DNA of 64,000 bases from positions 6,324,001 through 6,388,000 of the forward strand of contig NC_134031.1 in the NCBI RefSeq assembly GCF_964204645.1, given 5' to 3'. Source of the DNA: Tubulanus polymorphus. Taxonomy: Eukaryota > Animalia > Nemertea. The notes beneath the pieces were generated by a model. That model did no database searches. It was given only the letters and a program-made list of their open reading frames with translations, and was not told the origin of the DNA. Made by a program: the position numbers and the translations under genes. Of this stretch, positions 38,701 to 51,380 are shown one piece after another (the first letter of the stretch is position 1; each line of letters opens with the position of its first letter).

Positions 38701-41700
38701 TAGGGAGTTTTCAACGAGCTTTAGAGAAAATATCGAGGAAGTGTAATACATCACGTTCATATCCCAATTAGTAAATGGTAAATTAGGCGGTCTTCAGTGT
38801 TTTCAAGAAGAGCCAGGTCCCAGACCCGTCTGTCGCTTGCAAAGGACCTGCCTGTTTTTTCAAACCAGCTTTCATTTCCGGGACTGTGACATATTATGGG
38901 ACCCTCCTGTTTTCAAAGGGACCTGGCTTGTTAATTTCTTATTGAAATCACTGGTCTTACGCATAGGTTTTTATCCTTAACACTACTAAACTCAGTTTCT
39001 AATTTGATAAATGCCTAATAGGGTAACAAACAGATCCTGCTTCAAGCTGTACTGACTTAGGCCTCAGTCTAATGTACACATCTTAAGTATTTAATTGTCC
39101 CTTTCTCAAAACTGAAGAAGTTTTAAAGGAGTTTCTGACATTTTGCTCAAATTAAAGGAGTTTTAAGCACCTTTAAAAGCATTTTCCATATAGAATGAGT
39201 TTTTATCAGGAATCAAGGAATCAGGGACCCTGTACAGTCAGCTTGCCCTGGACGATATCTTAAACATTTTCCCAAGGGTAAGCCATTGTTTCTCTGACTG
39301 CCCCCTTGAATTTGTATGCCTCAGAGAAATCAAATTACTTACGCACATCAGCGGCTCTTCGGTCATTCGCGTCAGAAATCGCTTTTTCTGTTCGTCATTT
39401 CCGGCAATAATGACTGGCATTTGCTAGAGAGACACATTTTAAAATGTTTGAATAGAAATTGCGTTTGATAAATGATCCGATGAAGATAATTTTATTATCA
39501 ATCGCGCATACTTACACCAAGAGAGTTGGCTTCGATAGCCGTTTGAATACCCGTGCATCCGTACGCAAGCTCTTCAGTCATCATACACGCATCGAATATT
39601 CCCAATCCAAGACCACCTACATAGTAAAACAGTTATTCATTAGACACGCAGCCGGTTCGGATTGAGAGAACTCTGTCCAAGGGTGAAAATCTAACAAAGC
39701 AGGGACATTTTTCTCTTGCAACAAAAAACTTCACTCATATGATCAATGCTGTTGTGATATTTTCTTTTAACACTCATGTAAAACAGATTCAAAATAGCAA
39801 TCATCTTAAATGAACACCGCTGAATATGGAAGAAAATGTTAGATAATCTCAAAAAGATATACTAACCGTATTCTTTGGGAATGTGTGAATTGACCAATCC
39901 GAGTTCCCATGCTTTCTTTATAACAGGCCAGGGAAACTAGAAAAAGAGGAAATAAGACTAATAGATTCATACAAAATTAGGGGTCTTATTTACTGTATAT
40001 CCAGACTAGTTCATTGTTATGAATTAAAGATTTACATGAAGATGAAATTGAAAGCGCTCTAGGTATGGGGCGAGATTTGTGTGACGGACTGATACAAGGG
40101 GTCAGTTGCCGAATAGTTTGTTAATGATAACCGGCGGATAGATACAATAGCAACAATGAACTTTTAATTCTGACTTTTGATGTCAACTACGCACTGGTCA
40201 ACTCTTAACAACTATTAACCCTTTCAGTGCGTCTACACCACAGTACGGTGTATTGATGTAATTAGTAATTAGTTTTTATCTCTATTGAAAGAGGCAGCAC
40301 CTGTCAAACATAGTAAATAACAATACACCGTGCCGCGGTTTAGACGCACTATAATTTTCTTAGTGGTATTCCCGTTATTCAACACACTAGGGTGGAATTA
40401 TTCAAAATTTTCTCCAGTACTATAGGGTATTAATTAGTCAGCAACAGGTTAAGCAACTGACTGGTCAACTATAAATAACTATTAAGTAACTGGCCCCAGG
40501 GTGACAATTGCAATGCTTCCACTCTTATTAACTTCCACTTATTTTTGTACTTATAGCACCACGACAAAGACTAATCAAGTCTTTATGACACGCTCTCTTA
40601 TGACACGTATCCCAATCACTTCAGACTCATCCTAAATCGGTACTGTTTATCTCAGTAAACTGTTAATTCGGTGACTTAGTACTAAGCAAATATAATCCAT
40701 TACACTAACTAGATTCGGTTTCTAATTCCGTAACTGCCTAAACCATTTAATTTGGACGAATCTGTGGGTATTAGGCCTATGACTACTAACTAGGCCTAAA
40801 ACCTAAAAATTTTCAAATATACAATTTTTCAAAATTCAAGGAGTCTTCAAGGAATTGAACAACATGTTTGGTTTAGGAGTTTTCAATAACAAGGAATCAA
40901 GGAGTCAAGGGACCCTTTAAGAGAATATTCTCTGACCATGAAGATAACATCTTTATTCAGACTTTGAAACACTTACTTCTCCAGATTTATCATAATCAGG
41001 AGCTACCGGAATGATTTCCTCCCTGGCAAACTTACGCGCCAGCGACTGAAATTGCTTTTGTTCCTCCGTTAGTTCTGAAAGCAAACGAAAACATTTGACC
41101 TCAAAAGCATGTTCCCGCAAGAAATTTTTTGTTGCCATCACCCATTTATTTAATACGTAATGCTTAAAATTAGACTTTTTCAACCCCCCCTTCCCCCAGT
41201 ACCGGTACTCAATAATATCCGCCATTTTTTATATATACATTAAGCATGAACAGTATACAATTGCACCGGCCCGACCCCTTCCATAATGCGTATGTTAATA
41301 AATGCTCGCTGGTTCAGATAGTCTGAATACCAGTCGTTGTTAAGGGTTCCCTACAACCTTGTTCGTAGAACGACGGCTAGGTACTAGACTACGGTTCAGA
41401 CTGGTTGGAAGATTGTTTGAATGATCCGTAACCGAAAAATCTGTTAAAAAATCAGTCGAACGCAGATCACACAATCATTAATATCTGCACTTCGATGTAC
41501 GATTTCAAAATCAAACCCCCTGTTTCGCTCCTGGCAGGTTCGGTGGGTCTGTAAGGGACACTCAATCAAAAATTTACCAACCAAATAAATAACAGGGAAA
41601 TCCTTATTTCAAGATAAAACTAGGGGTCCAGGGACACCATGCCCACTTGGGAAGGCTTGCAATGCTCAACAATCTAATAATTTCAATATTCAACGCCCCT

Positions 41701-43108
41701 GGTGACCATATACAAAAACCAATGACCTTGAAACTCACTACAATCATAGAACATGTCAGCTGCTACGATTTTGTAATTGATTGTGATAACAAAATATGCC
41801 TCGTTACCAATCTAATATGGAAATACTAAGTAATTCTACTATTCTATGCCCCTGGTGACCATAGGCAAAACCCAATGACCTTGAAACTCACCACAATAAT
41901 AGAACTTTGCGATTGATCATGGTAACAAAATATGCCTAGGTACCAATCTAATAAGGAAATACTAAGTTATTCTACTATTCAACGCCCCCTGGTGACCATA
42001 TAGAATAACTAATGTCCTTAAAACTCACCACAATCATAGACAATGTCATGAGCTACAACTTTGCAATTGATTGTGGTAACAAAATATGCAAAATAGGTAT
42101 CAATATAATCTGGAAAAACTTTTTCCCACCTACGAATGAGTACTGATGATACCCTGAAGATGTATGCCAATTACGTCATAATTGGCCGATCAAAAATTCC
42201 TGGCTCAGGTATAAAACATCCCTTTCCAAAGAATACCCTTCACAAATTGCAATGAGGAATGGCAAACCAGTAGGAAGCTGCAGGACTAAGAATTTGGGCC
42301 AAAATTGACATTTTTGGTCATAGGATGGCCATCTTGAGTCCGATTGACCCAATTTTTCCTATGGTGATGGGCCCTTGGGGGATTCAAATATATATATGAA
42401 AGATCAAGGTAATTGATTTAAGCGTCTTCAAAATTTCCCTAAAAAAAGTGTAAAAAGTGCTGATTTTGACAAACAACAATGGCTGCCAGTCGGCCATCTT
42501 GATTGTGACAGGGCCAGTTTTTGGGCTGAAGATGTATCTAGGGTAGATACATGTATAAACCAAATATCAAGACATTACCTTGAAGCATCTTCAAAACTTC
42601 CCAAAATAACTGGATTCCGTCTACGGATGGACGGATGAAAAGTGAACGCAATAGCCTGCTGTGCTGGGACTTAAGTCCCAAGTGGGCTAAAAATAAATGA
42701 ATGATCCCCATTGAAAAAAACATTTCATTACCGAAACAATAGCCGAATGATCCGCCAGCAGTAGCCTGCGCGGCTTCAGCAGTAGAGTAGCATCGACGAC
42801 GTATCCCAGCAAAAGCCGATGATGAGCGAATAACCTGCCGAACACCCTAGCAGTAAAAAAAGAGAGAAATTGAATACATTTTTCTAGGAAAGGAAAAGTT
42901 ATCACTCAATCATACTAGACTGGCTTAGTAGCAAAGCCTTTTTTAGTGGTGTAACTTTTGGCTTCTTTGCCATTTGGTTAAATTTAGCCCGGTGGGTGCG
43001 GTGTGCAATCTACTGCCTATTAAAAAATCTTTGTAAGTATCAGAAAGTCAATTAATCGCCACCCACTAAAAGAGTCTTACTCACTTTAGCACAAACGGAC
43101 AGCATCAT
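35720..43108 (-). CDS. ACADM: Medium-chain acyl-CoA dehydrogenase, mitochondrial
   Basis: Exons from MMLSVCAK (43108-43085) and an Arg-rich targeting peptide (42846-42732) through [79 protein letters not shown], to [15 protein letters not shown] (catalytic Glu); stop at 35720-35722. Confidence 0.95.
38795..38953. mobile_element. Small MITE with CAGTG ends and 5-bp direct repeat flanks
   Basis: cagtgttttcaa ... ttgaaatcactg, flanked by GTCTT on both sides. Confidence 0.55.
40219..40448. mobile_element. piggyBac-like non-autonomous insert nested in a Harbinger-like MITE (about 40097-40497)
   Basis: TTAA|CCCTTTCAGTGC ... GTCAGCAACAGG|TTAA inside ggggtcagttg...taactggcccc. Confidence 0.55.
41618..42693 (-). 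mobile_element. Helentron/DINE-1-like element, second (longer) copy
   Basis: Reverse complement of the 19430-20155 element, with sub-terminal inverted repeat GCCCACTTGG/CCAAGTGGGC, a 5' hairpin tgggacttaagtccca, three tandem units and an extra internal segment. Confidence 0.8.
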
Positions 43109-43677
43109 GAAGCAACAATACTAGGAATCTAACCCGTACAACTAGAAATGACAAGTTCAACTGAATAAGTAGGTCAGATTATATAAATATTTACCACTGA
43201 TTATTTTGTTACTCAACAGCGGTATTAAATATGGGAATACGTAAAGTATGGAACCGACTTAGGGATGGTCCTCGCTTGCCAGGGTTTGGTCGATAGGAAA
43301 ACGGGTGCAAAATTCCGTAAGATAAGATGCCTGCAATAAGGATACTAAGAAAATCCCACAATAATAACGAGATAATAAAGTTAAGACCGAAAATATTTCC
43401 TTGAGCTCACAGGGGCCCGACATAATAAGTTATAGACCCCAATAGGTCACAGTACTACTAATTAGTTCAGATTCCCGCTCCAGTCTGGTAGGTACTGCCA
43501 GCGGGACAGCGTGGTGAAACCTGTTACCAACAGCACAAAGAAAGCGGTCCTATACTTAATCCTTACCAATATGGGCTCATTAAAGCAGAATTGATATCGA
43601 GACTTCGCCAGTGGGCTGGAAAAAGTTGTGGTGGTAGTGTGCCTGAAAGTGAAACGCCTTCAGTCATAGGAAAATCA

Positions 43678-43887
43678 AGCTCTCAGTAGCTCAGTGACAT
43701 AAGGCGTGATGCTGTTGCATCCACTATCAGTACTGAGTGACAAGTGGGTTCGAATCCTACTTGCTGCTTATAGTGTGCGGGCAAAACTTCAAAGGCCGGC
43801 GTCCAGTCGAAGTCACTAATAAGCTTGAATAAGGTTAGTCTTGGGGAACCACACTTCAAGCGACGTAAAGCCAAAAATCAAACAAAC
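43678..43887 (+). mobile_element. tRNA-derived SINE
   Basis: A box TAGCTCAGTG, B box GGTTCGAATCC, tail gacgtaaagccaaaaatcaaacaaac; a homologous copy lies at 48481-48675 (-). Confidence 0.75.
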
Positions 43888-44013
43888 TTATGACACCTAA
43901 ATACTATAGTGGATTCTTCTTACGCACTATGCATGAATCAAATCTAAACAGCATTCACTAATAATATATTTATATAGATTTATTGTTTTTGCTACAAAAA
44001 ATTCATCGAAAAA

Positions 44014-47000
44014 TCACGTTTCCGCATCAAGCCTTTGCCTTGCTAAGTCGACTATTTCATCTTGTAATTCTGGTTTCAGAAGATCCTTCGACTAGAATGA
44101 AAATGATAGGAAGGAAAATTCATGACGATACATAGCAAAGGGGACACATTCTTAACCAAGCAACTGACAAATTGAACATTATCGATTACAATGATTAAAG
44201 AGTTTCTATAGCTTGAAAACAAACCATATCCATACATTGTACCAATAATTGGAACTTGGATATGGTTTTGTGAATTTTGAAGGCAGCATAATTAAATATA
44301 CCACCTGAACACACCACTAAAGACATCAGACCATTCCATCACTGTTCCAATAAGTACTTGTACAGACTTTACATGTTAACGAATTCACCTTAGACATTTT
44401 CGTTTGAATGTCAAATCACAAATGAACGCCTGACCCAATGATGGCCAGATTTCTCCGAGTTAAGTAAGATCAGAATTATGAATAATATTTTACATGTTCC
44501 AGATTAAATGGACCAAATATTTCATCCGAATTAAGCGAGTTTTACTGTACCAGCAGTTTGGGTTCAGGCCTAAAAATTACGAACATTCACAATGCGATAC
44601 TCACGGGAAACGCAAGTGAAGCTTCGTAAGTGTACAGGATAATAGTGTCAAAAAGCATCATTCTATTAGCAGCCAATGCTAAAATACAATTCCTCAGGCG
44701 CGCCATAACTTCTCTGTCCACACGAGCAACAGGCTGGAAAATGAATAAACTAACAATCAGCATATGACCCTCTAAAAATGGCAGAGAATGGAGGAGATAA
44801 ATGTTAATTGGACATGCAAAATTTGAACTTGATAAGTAATTAACTTTCAGGTTTTATGGGGTAAAAAGTAACCACAGCAATTTGATTCTAAAAAATCTTT
44901 CGAGATGAATAGAAGAATGCTGCACTTAATGACATAACAGTAAGCTCTGCCTTATTCAGAATCATTCATGATTCATTATTTATTAGGAATCGACAAACTA
45001 GACGATTCCACCAATTCGCCGATCTCTTCATTTCATTTGATATTTTACCTCTAAATTTTGTATGAATCCACCAGTGTTATCGGTATCTTCGTTCACGGTC
45101 GGCGATATCCACACATAGCCATTATTCCCCAAGATGATGCTGGCGCCGCACGTCAAATTGTGGAAATGAGTTTTACGACGTTTGATTAAACTGGGCGACA
45201 CGTGCAACAAAATGCCTTGACCTAGCTGAAAGTGAATAGGATAATTTCATCCTTCGATCGAACAGAGGTAGATGGTGCATCTAGTATAACACCGCAGAAA
45301 CTATAGTAGACTTCACTGACGGTGGTAGTGCAAGGACCAGCAAAGTCTTACCACTACAGATAAATGCCAGTATATGGATTTTCGTATTTTTTCACATTGA
45401 CAATATTAGGAAGGACAGAAAATCTTTTTCTTCTTATTCTAATGGTTTGAACGGAATAGACCGGTACCACTTTAGGTGGAGTCCACTGTAGCTTCCAAAT
45501 TGCGTAAAATGTCAATATGTTTTAAGTTATGTTATTCAGACCAGGAGGTCAAAGCCTGACTAGCAATTCATAGTTGATTACATCATCTTGCTAGCCTTCG
45601 AAACCTCACCTTTCCATATTTTAGACTTCGTGTGTGCAATGATAATGAGCCATCATGAAACACGGACTGCACTTCAGCCTGATAACAATCCGTTAAAGAA
45701 AATCATAGTTACATCCAGATTAAACCATTATTTGTACCATAAACAAGTGGAGTTAACTGAAATGACTTATTTATTGATAAAAAGATACACTGATTAGGTC
45801 CCCTTCAGCTAGATAATCACGCATCAGTCGTTCATCTTCCTCAGATCTTCTTCGCTTTAAAAAACAACAAATACAAATCAAACTTGGGTCAGATTTGTTA
45901 GTTTGCTCACGTATGCACTCCCCTATTGATAAACCTGAGATGTTGAAGATCCCTTTCCATTTCATTTCATTTATTGTAACTTTGTACATAGTACAGTATA
46001 CAAATATCGTTCATGTAATGCATAATATAATATAGTGGCAATACATACATACATATAAATATATAGTGTAGTATTTAGTAATTTAGGGGGATACATCATG
46101 GAGGTTCAAAGGCTGCTTTCAGAAACTTACATAATTTGACTAGAGTATTTTTTGGGGAGTTGAAAAGGGTTGTCAGTTTATAATGACTAGGTCTTGTTAA
46201 ACAGAATTGTGGTAAGCACTATGATCTTAGAATTGTATATTCTGGACATTCAAATAAAAAGTGATATTCATTTCCAATTACATTTTGGTTGCATTTTAAA
46301 CAAAATCTCACCAAAGTGTACCCATCGCAAATTCTATTGTTAATACACAGTTAACCTCGAAGTCATCATTGTATTGTGATAACTTACAATGAGTCATCAC
46401 ATTACTTAAGTCGCCCAGTCCTTACTTTGGAATCCCAATTTGCATTTCTAATTCAATCTATTTATTTTCTAATTCAATCATCATTTGGATAAGTCGTCAA
46501 CATAACAACAAGTCGCAACTACAACAAATTAAGTTTGACCGTGTAACAAACCGTGTTAAGGCTTACGAATTCAGACCAAAGACAGACACCTTTTTGCGAC
46601 ACAAAAAAAATTTTTAACTTACCAATTCACCACCAGGTAGATTCACACTCGACAGCAACAATACTGAGTGAAGTTTTGAATGAGTTTCAACTTTCCATCT
46701 TTTCTGTCCGACTTCAATAACACGGCCAACAATAACATCTCCTATTTCACCATTATACCTACAGGGATTACAATCAAAGCAGCCTATCACAGATGTGAGA
46801 CAGAACTTTCAAATACATGTTTCTAATATGCGAACATCCCCTGCCCGTATATTCCAAAGAATGGGTGAAAAAATTCTTGCAAGGCTTTACAAAATTATGA
46901 AACCTTGTTTTTCCTCATCGACTGGGTCACTTTTGTATACTGCAATAAAATTTGTAATCAGTTCACTTCTATAGCTGCCAGGTCTGTTTCGGTTACTCCG

Positions 47001-48230
47001 ATTATGATTCTTTTAAAAGCAATGTACAGGGTAGGCGGCCACCCGGGTAAACTTATAAGCACAGCAGAAAGGAGTAACAAGGTTTAAATTTTTTTAGCCT
47101 AACATGAAGATAGAGATATTTCTGTCATATTAATTGCTGCCGGAGATAGGAAAATTTGCCTTGGTTAGGCCATTGGCGTATTCATTCAGAATTTCGAAGT
47201 AATTCATTAAGGGCCATTTATATGTTCACTTGCATGACTGAACTATTCACATTCTTAGGCGTAAAAATGTTTGAATTTGAATAAATACATCAAGACGCAA
47301 AGCTTGTATGTAGACCTACCTCGTTTTCAGGGGAGTTACACAAATCAACTTGTTCACTCGTTCAACAACTCCAGCGACTGATGCATGCAAGTTTTCATCT
47401 TGAAGATATGTTCCATGACCTCTACAATGAAAACAAAAATTATTAAAAAATGCAGATCTCCTCCTTCGCCTATTCTTTCCAAATTTTGACAAAAAAGCGC
47501 ACATTCCTATGTAGTTAAAACATTTGATTGGTTTTCAGTGAGCTGGGTGGTCTAGTGGTATGATGCTGATATGATGTATGATAATTTACTGGCCCGGGTT
47601 CGAGTCTCGCTCTATCCGCTCTATTTTCTCTAACTCTGTTCTCCACACTTGCCGTGAATTTTCGCGCACCCTAGTGCGCATACGCAACATGAATTGGCCA
47701 ATCAGAATGAAACGTCGTAAATATAGCTAAATTCTATGTATTTTTGATTGTCCACATTCTTTTTGGGATATTTCGCAATCAAAAATAAATAGACTGGGAC
47801 TTTAGTGTCGTCCGTCTACGGCGTTGTAAAAATAGCCAAAGCGTATAAAATGCTTACCACCAATGATTTAAGGTAACAACTAACCAAACCTAGTCAGTAA
47901 ACTGTCTGTGGTTTAGTTTCACGATCGGATATTTTCACAAACCACAAAGTATGGTATAAGCCCATCCGATAATAAAAAGCTTAACACCAACGATTAGGCA
48001 ACTAACGTTAAAACTAACTAAACCATGAGTATGACAGACATGAGTTTTTGAACTGCTGAAATTGATTTGAATTGAATCACGTAAGCGCAACATTTACTGT
48101 GAAATTCGGACCTCATGAAGCCAGTATCAGTCGTGATTACATCTCCTGGAGTTACCAGATGTAACGGTTCCTCTAATTCCTCGCCAACTGCCTTTTTACG
48201 GCGGTTTCCGAAAAAACGTACGTCCACCAT
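44014..48230 (-). CDS. EXOSC2: Exosome complex component RRP4
   Basis: [17 protein letters not shown]|GHGTY...[22 protein letters not shown]|[12 protein letters not shown]...RRRSEEDE...[25 protein letters not shown]...; stop at 44014-44016. Confidence 0.95.
47538..47620 (+). mobile_element. tRNA-like head (degenerate SINE)
   Basis: A box TGGTCTAGTGG and B box GGTTCGAGTC; no convincing cloverleaf. Confidence 0.45.
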
Positions 48231-48480
48231 ATCGATAATACTTGAAAATGTGTGATAATCGACTGAACTACCGCCTGGTGAGTTATTTTGGAGTTAGTCA
48301 ATTCAATGCGTTCAATTTTATTTTCATAAGTAAACGGCGGGATCTTATGAAAACTATAGTTTAACGAACATATGTAAGGACTTTTTAGAAATTATTTTGA
48401 GTACGGATCCGCCTCTCAGAATTCTGCAAAAACCAACAAATTAAAAACATTTTTAGTCTTCCTTCGCGTTTTCATCATTA

Positions 48481-48675
48481 GTGTTTGTTGGCTTAGGCGT
48501 CGTGGTCTTGCCGGACTACCCTATTGGATTATTAATTTAACCTCACGACGGGACGGCCTTTGAAGTGTTGCCCACACACTGTAAAGCAGCCGGGACTCGA
48601 TCCCACATGGTCACTCAGCACAGATAGTGGACTGATACAAAAGCATCACGCCTGATCTCAGCTACCCGCGAGGCC
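48481..48675 (-). mobile_element. tRNA-derived SINE, second copy
   Basis: Reverse complement reads aggcgtgatgct...ccactatc...ctgagtgac..gtggga tcgagtccc...cttcaaaggccg...taagccaacaaac, matching the 43678 copy. Confidence 0.7.
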
Positions 48676-49859
48676 GCAATTAACAAAAAAAAACTAGTTT
48701 TTTTTTGCTATGTCCCTCATCATTATTTCCAATCTAGGAACTTGCAAAAGTTTTGTTAATCTCAATTTTCAGTGATTTGCAAAAAACGTTAAAGTTGCTT
48801 TCATTTTCCCATAATTTTAATCAATTTTAATGTGAGGTGAGCGGGTCTTACAGTCGTGTTGGGTTCGATTATTCGTTGCGGGACGACTGCCGTATTCGAA
48901 TATGGAAGTGTGTTTGTATACTTTTGCCCGGTTTTTTTTGTGGAACGGAGGCCTGTGACAACAGAATTTAACTTGCTGACAGACGGTCAGCAAGTGGCCA
49001 GGAACAAATCTGAACAGTACCCGCTCGATTTCTTTTCCGCCCTCGGTCGTTTCGTGTTGGTTTTGTCGCGTTGCAAGTCAGATACTCCAAGTAAGGACAA
49101 CGGACAGGAGAACCCATCAAAAATCTCGTAACGGCGAAAACTACGGCGAGATCGAGGAAGCTGTTACGTTATCTCCTTTTTAAACTGTTTCTACAGTTCT
49201 CCCGAGATTCCGAGGGTAATGCCGGCAAGGCTGGCGCTTTCTTCCGAGACAGGAGTGAGTGCATTCGCAGTGATCTCCATCAATGATCTGTGTATCAAAC
49301 CCGCATTTAGAATTTATAGTTGGGTTTACAATCTAGTCATTATTTGCTACATTCTTCCTCCCAACCATAACTTTAATACTTTGCTGGCCGGGCCGTTTGA
49401 ACATTCCCACTAGTATATTCCGAAACTTTACATAAACAGCACATAAACAAAAAAGTTCAAGAAAGAATCGTTTACTGATATTATAGAGCAAACTTCCTCA
49501 TTGGCATTATCCATTCTCTGCGGTCTCGCGCCCGTCTGTCAATACATTGCAAATAATAAACAACAAAACAATGATCATAACTGTAGTGGTCGCTCGTGAT
49601 GACGATTTAGATCCTTTTTTCAATGGCGCCAATTTTGTGCGATCTGAGTCTGGTGGCTTTCATAGAGAATGGGAAAATTAGCAATCATAAGGGCTAACAT
49701 TGGACCAAACGACACTGCAACATAATACCTAGATCTAGTTGCAGGTGGAGCGGGTTTTCTTATATGGTGGATTTCCAGCGACCCGTCGCATTTGTTGGGC
49801 TTGTATCCCAAAGTCGTTTGGCTGCGAATAATCCCGTGGTATCTCCAGATCACCGATAT

Positions 49860-50220
49860 TAAGAAAATAATTACAAAGGCGTAAATTTCGTTTTAGTGAT
49901 CCGATGGCGCACAAAAAGGGAACATACAAATAGATCACTCTGTCGGTAGATATTGCAGGAATGAACATTACCCCTGAATTGCAAAGATGTTCCATATGCA
50001 TTCGTAATGTCGGTATGTAAAATCCGGGGTAGACATGCAATCCTTCCATTCTCAACGCCAATTCTCCCTTTAAAATATAGTACGACGCAAACCTTACAGT
50101 AAAGTAGAAAAACGAACACAACAAGTATAGAATATCAGCTGCGGTGTTAGATTAAAAGACGAAGTAAATTGAAACAGGAATTTGCGACACTACTTCTATG
50201 TCACGTTTTAAAAGACGGTA
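49860..50220 (-). pseudogene. Degenerate class A (peptide-type) GPCR fragment
   Basis: Translation PVSIYFVF*SNTAADILYLLCSFFYFTV (TM2-like) ... HLCNSGVMFIPAISTDRVIYLYVPF (TM3 with a DRY-like motif); in-frame stop and no intact ORF. Confidence 0.4.
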
Positions 50221-50980
50221 ACCGTATTCAATCTAAATATGTACGTCTTTTGCATGTACAATAATTATTTCAGAAAGCGTCCGATGGTAAACATATCCGA
50301 TGGTAGATGATACATGGGATGAGAGTTCTTAATCCTGCGTAAGGAATGTAAAGACAATTGCGATTACTCTTTCTCGACACAGGTCGGTTTTTAGGAAAGC
50401 ACTCCATGCAGTAACTGATTCCGCCAAACGAAATGCGACACTCTCGCCACTGAGAGGTTTAGCCCTCTGCACAACTTCCAGCTTATGACAGACTAGGTGA
50501 CGCAGTTGACACTTTAAGACAGATTCGCCGACCAATATGATCAGATGAATGTATTTTTTCGCCGAATGTTCGCCAATATAACGATTCATCGCGGGCGAAT
50601 ATGAAATCCGAAAGGTCGGTGTTGACATCCACATTTCATCTATTTCATTGTTCTATCCGAAAAATAAAACATTCTATCGTGTGTGTTGTTCAGGATTTCT
50701 GTCGAAATCGTTAGTTAATTCTCCTCTCCTATAGTTTTGGACTTTCATTGGGCCCCCGATCCGTTCGGTGGCAACAATCGTGACAATGACGCCGTCTACA
50801 TTCATGGTCGCTTCGATCAACTCTTTTCGGGATTTCCGTCCGGTGAAACAGCACAGCCAGAAATTGATTCACGTACATCAACATCGCTGAAATAGCTTGG
50901 ACCAGAATCGAAAACTGTTCAAAATCGAGTTGTCGGTATACAGTAAACGGGAGTAGTATAGTCAGAGGGGGGTTCTGGCA

Positions 50981-51380
50981 CAGCTAACTTTTGGGCTAAC
51001 TGTGCTAATGTGAGCTAACTTTGAGCTAATGTAAGCTAACTTTTGAGCTAATCTGAGCTAACTTTTGAGCTAATCTGAGCTAATGTCGGTTAACATCTGA
51101 GCAAACTTTTGAGCTAATCTGAGCTAATGTTGGTTAACATCTGAGCTAATCTGAGCAAACTGTTGAGCTAATGTGAGCTAATATCGGTTAACATCTGAGC
51201 TAATTTGAGCTAATGTCGGTTAACATCTGAGCTAATCTGAGCTAACATTGAGCTAATGTGAGTGAATGAATGTTAATACCGAGCTAATGTGAACTAGTTA
51301 TCGGGCTAATGTCTATGTGTTATATGGAGCTAATGTGGGTTAACTATTGAGTTAGCTATTGAGCTAATGTGTGTTAATGT
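50981..51380. repeat. Subterminal GAGCTAA(T/C) tandem array in the Polinton left TIR
   Basis: Roughly 30 degenerate 10-11-bp units (tgagctaatc, gagctaactt, ggttaacatc). Confidence 0.9.

Noticed and set aside
47538-47620. Functional tRNA gene
   Set aside because: A and B boxes are present, but there is no consistent acceptor or anticodon stem; better explained as a SINE head.
48856-49413. Short + strand ORFs divergent from EXOSC2
   Set aside because: No recognisable domain or consistent splice chain; may be a non-coding first exon, but this cannot be supported from the sequence.
50981-51380. Possible CRISPR array or telomere
   Set aside because: Units are short degenerate tandem repeats without unique spacers, the context is eukaryotic, and the unit is not a TTAGGG-type telomeric repeat.
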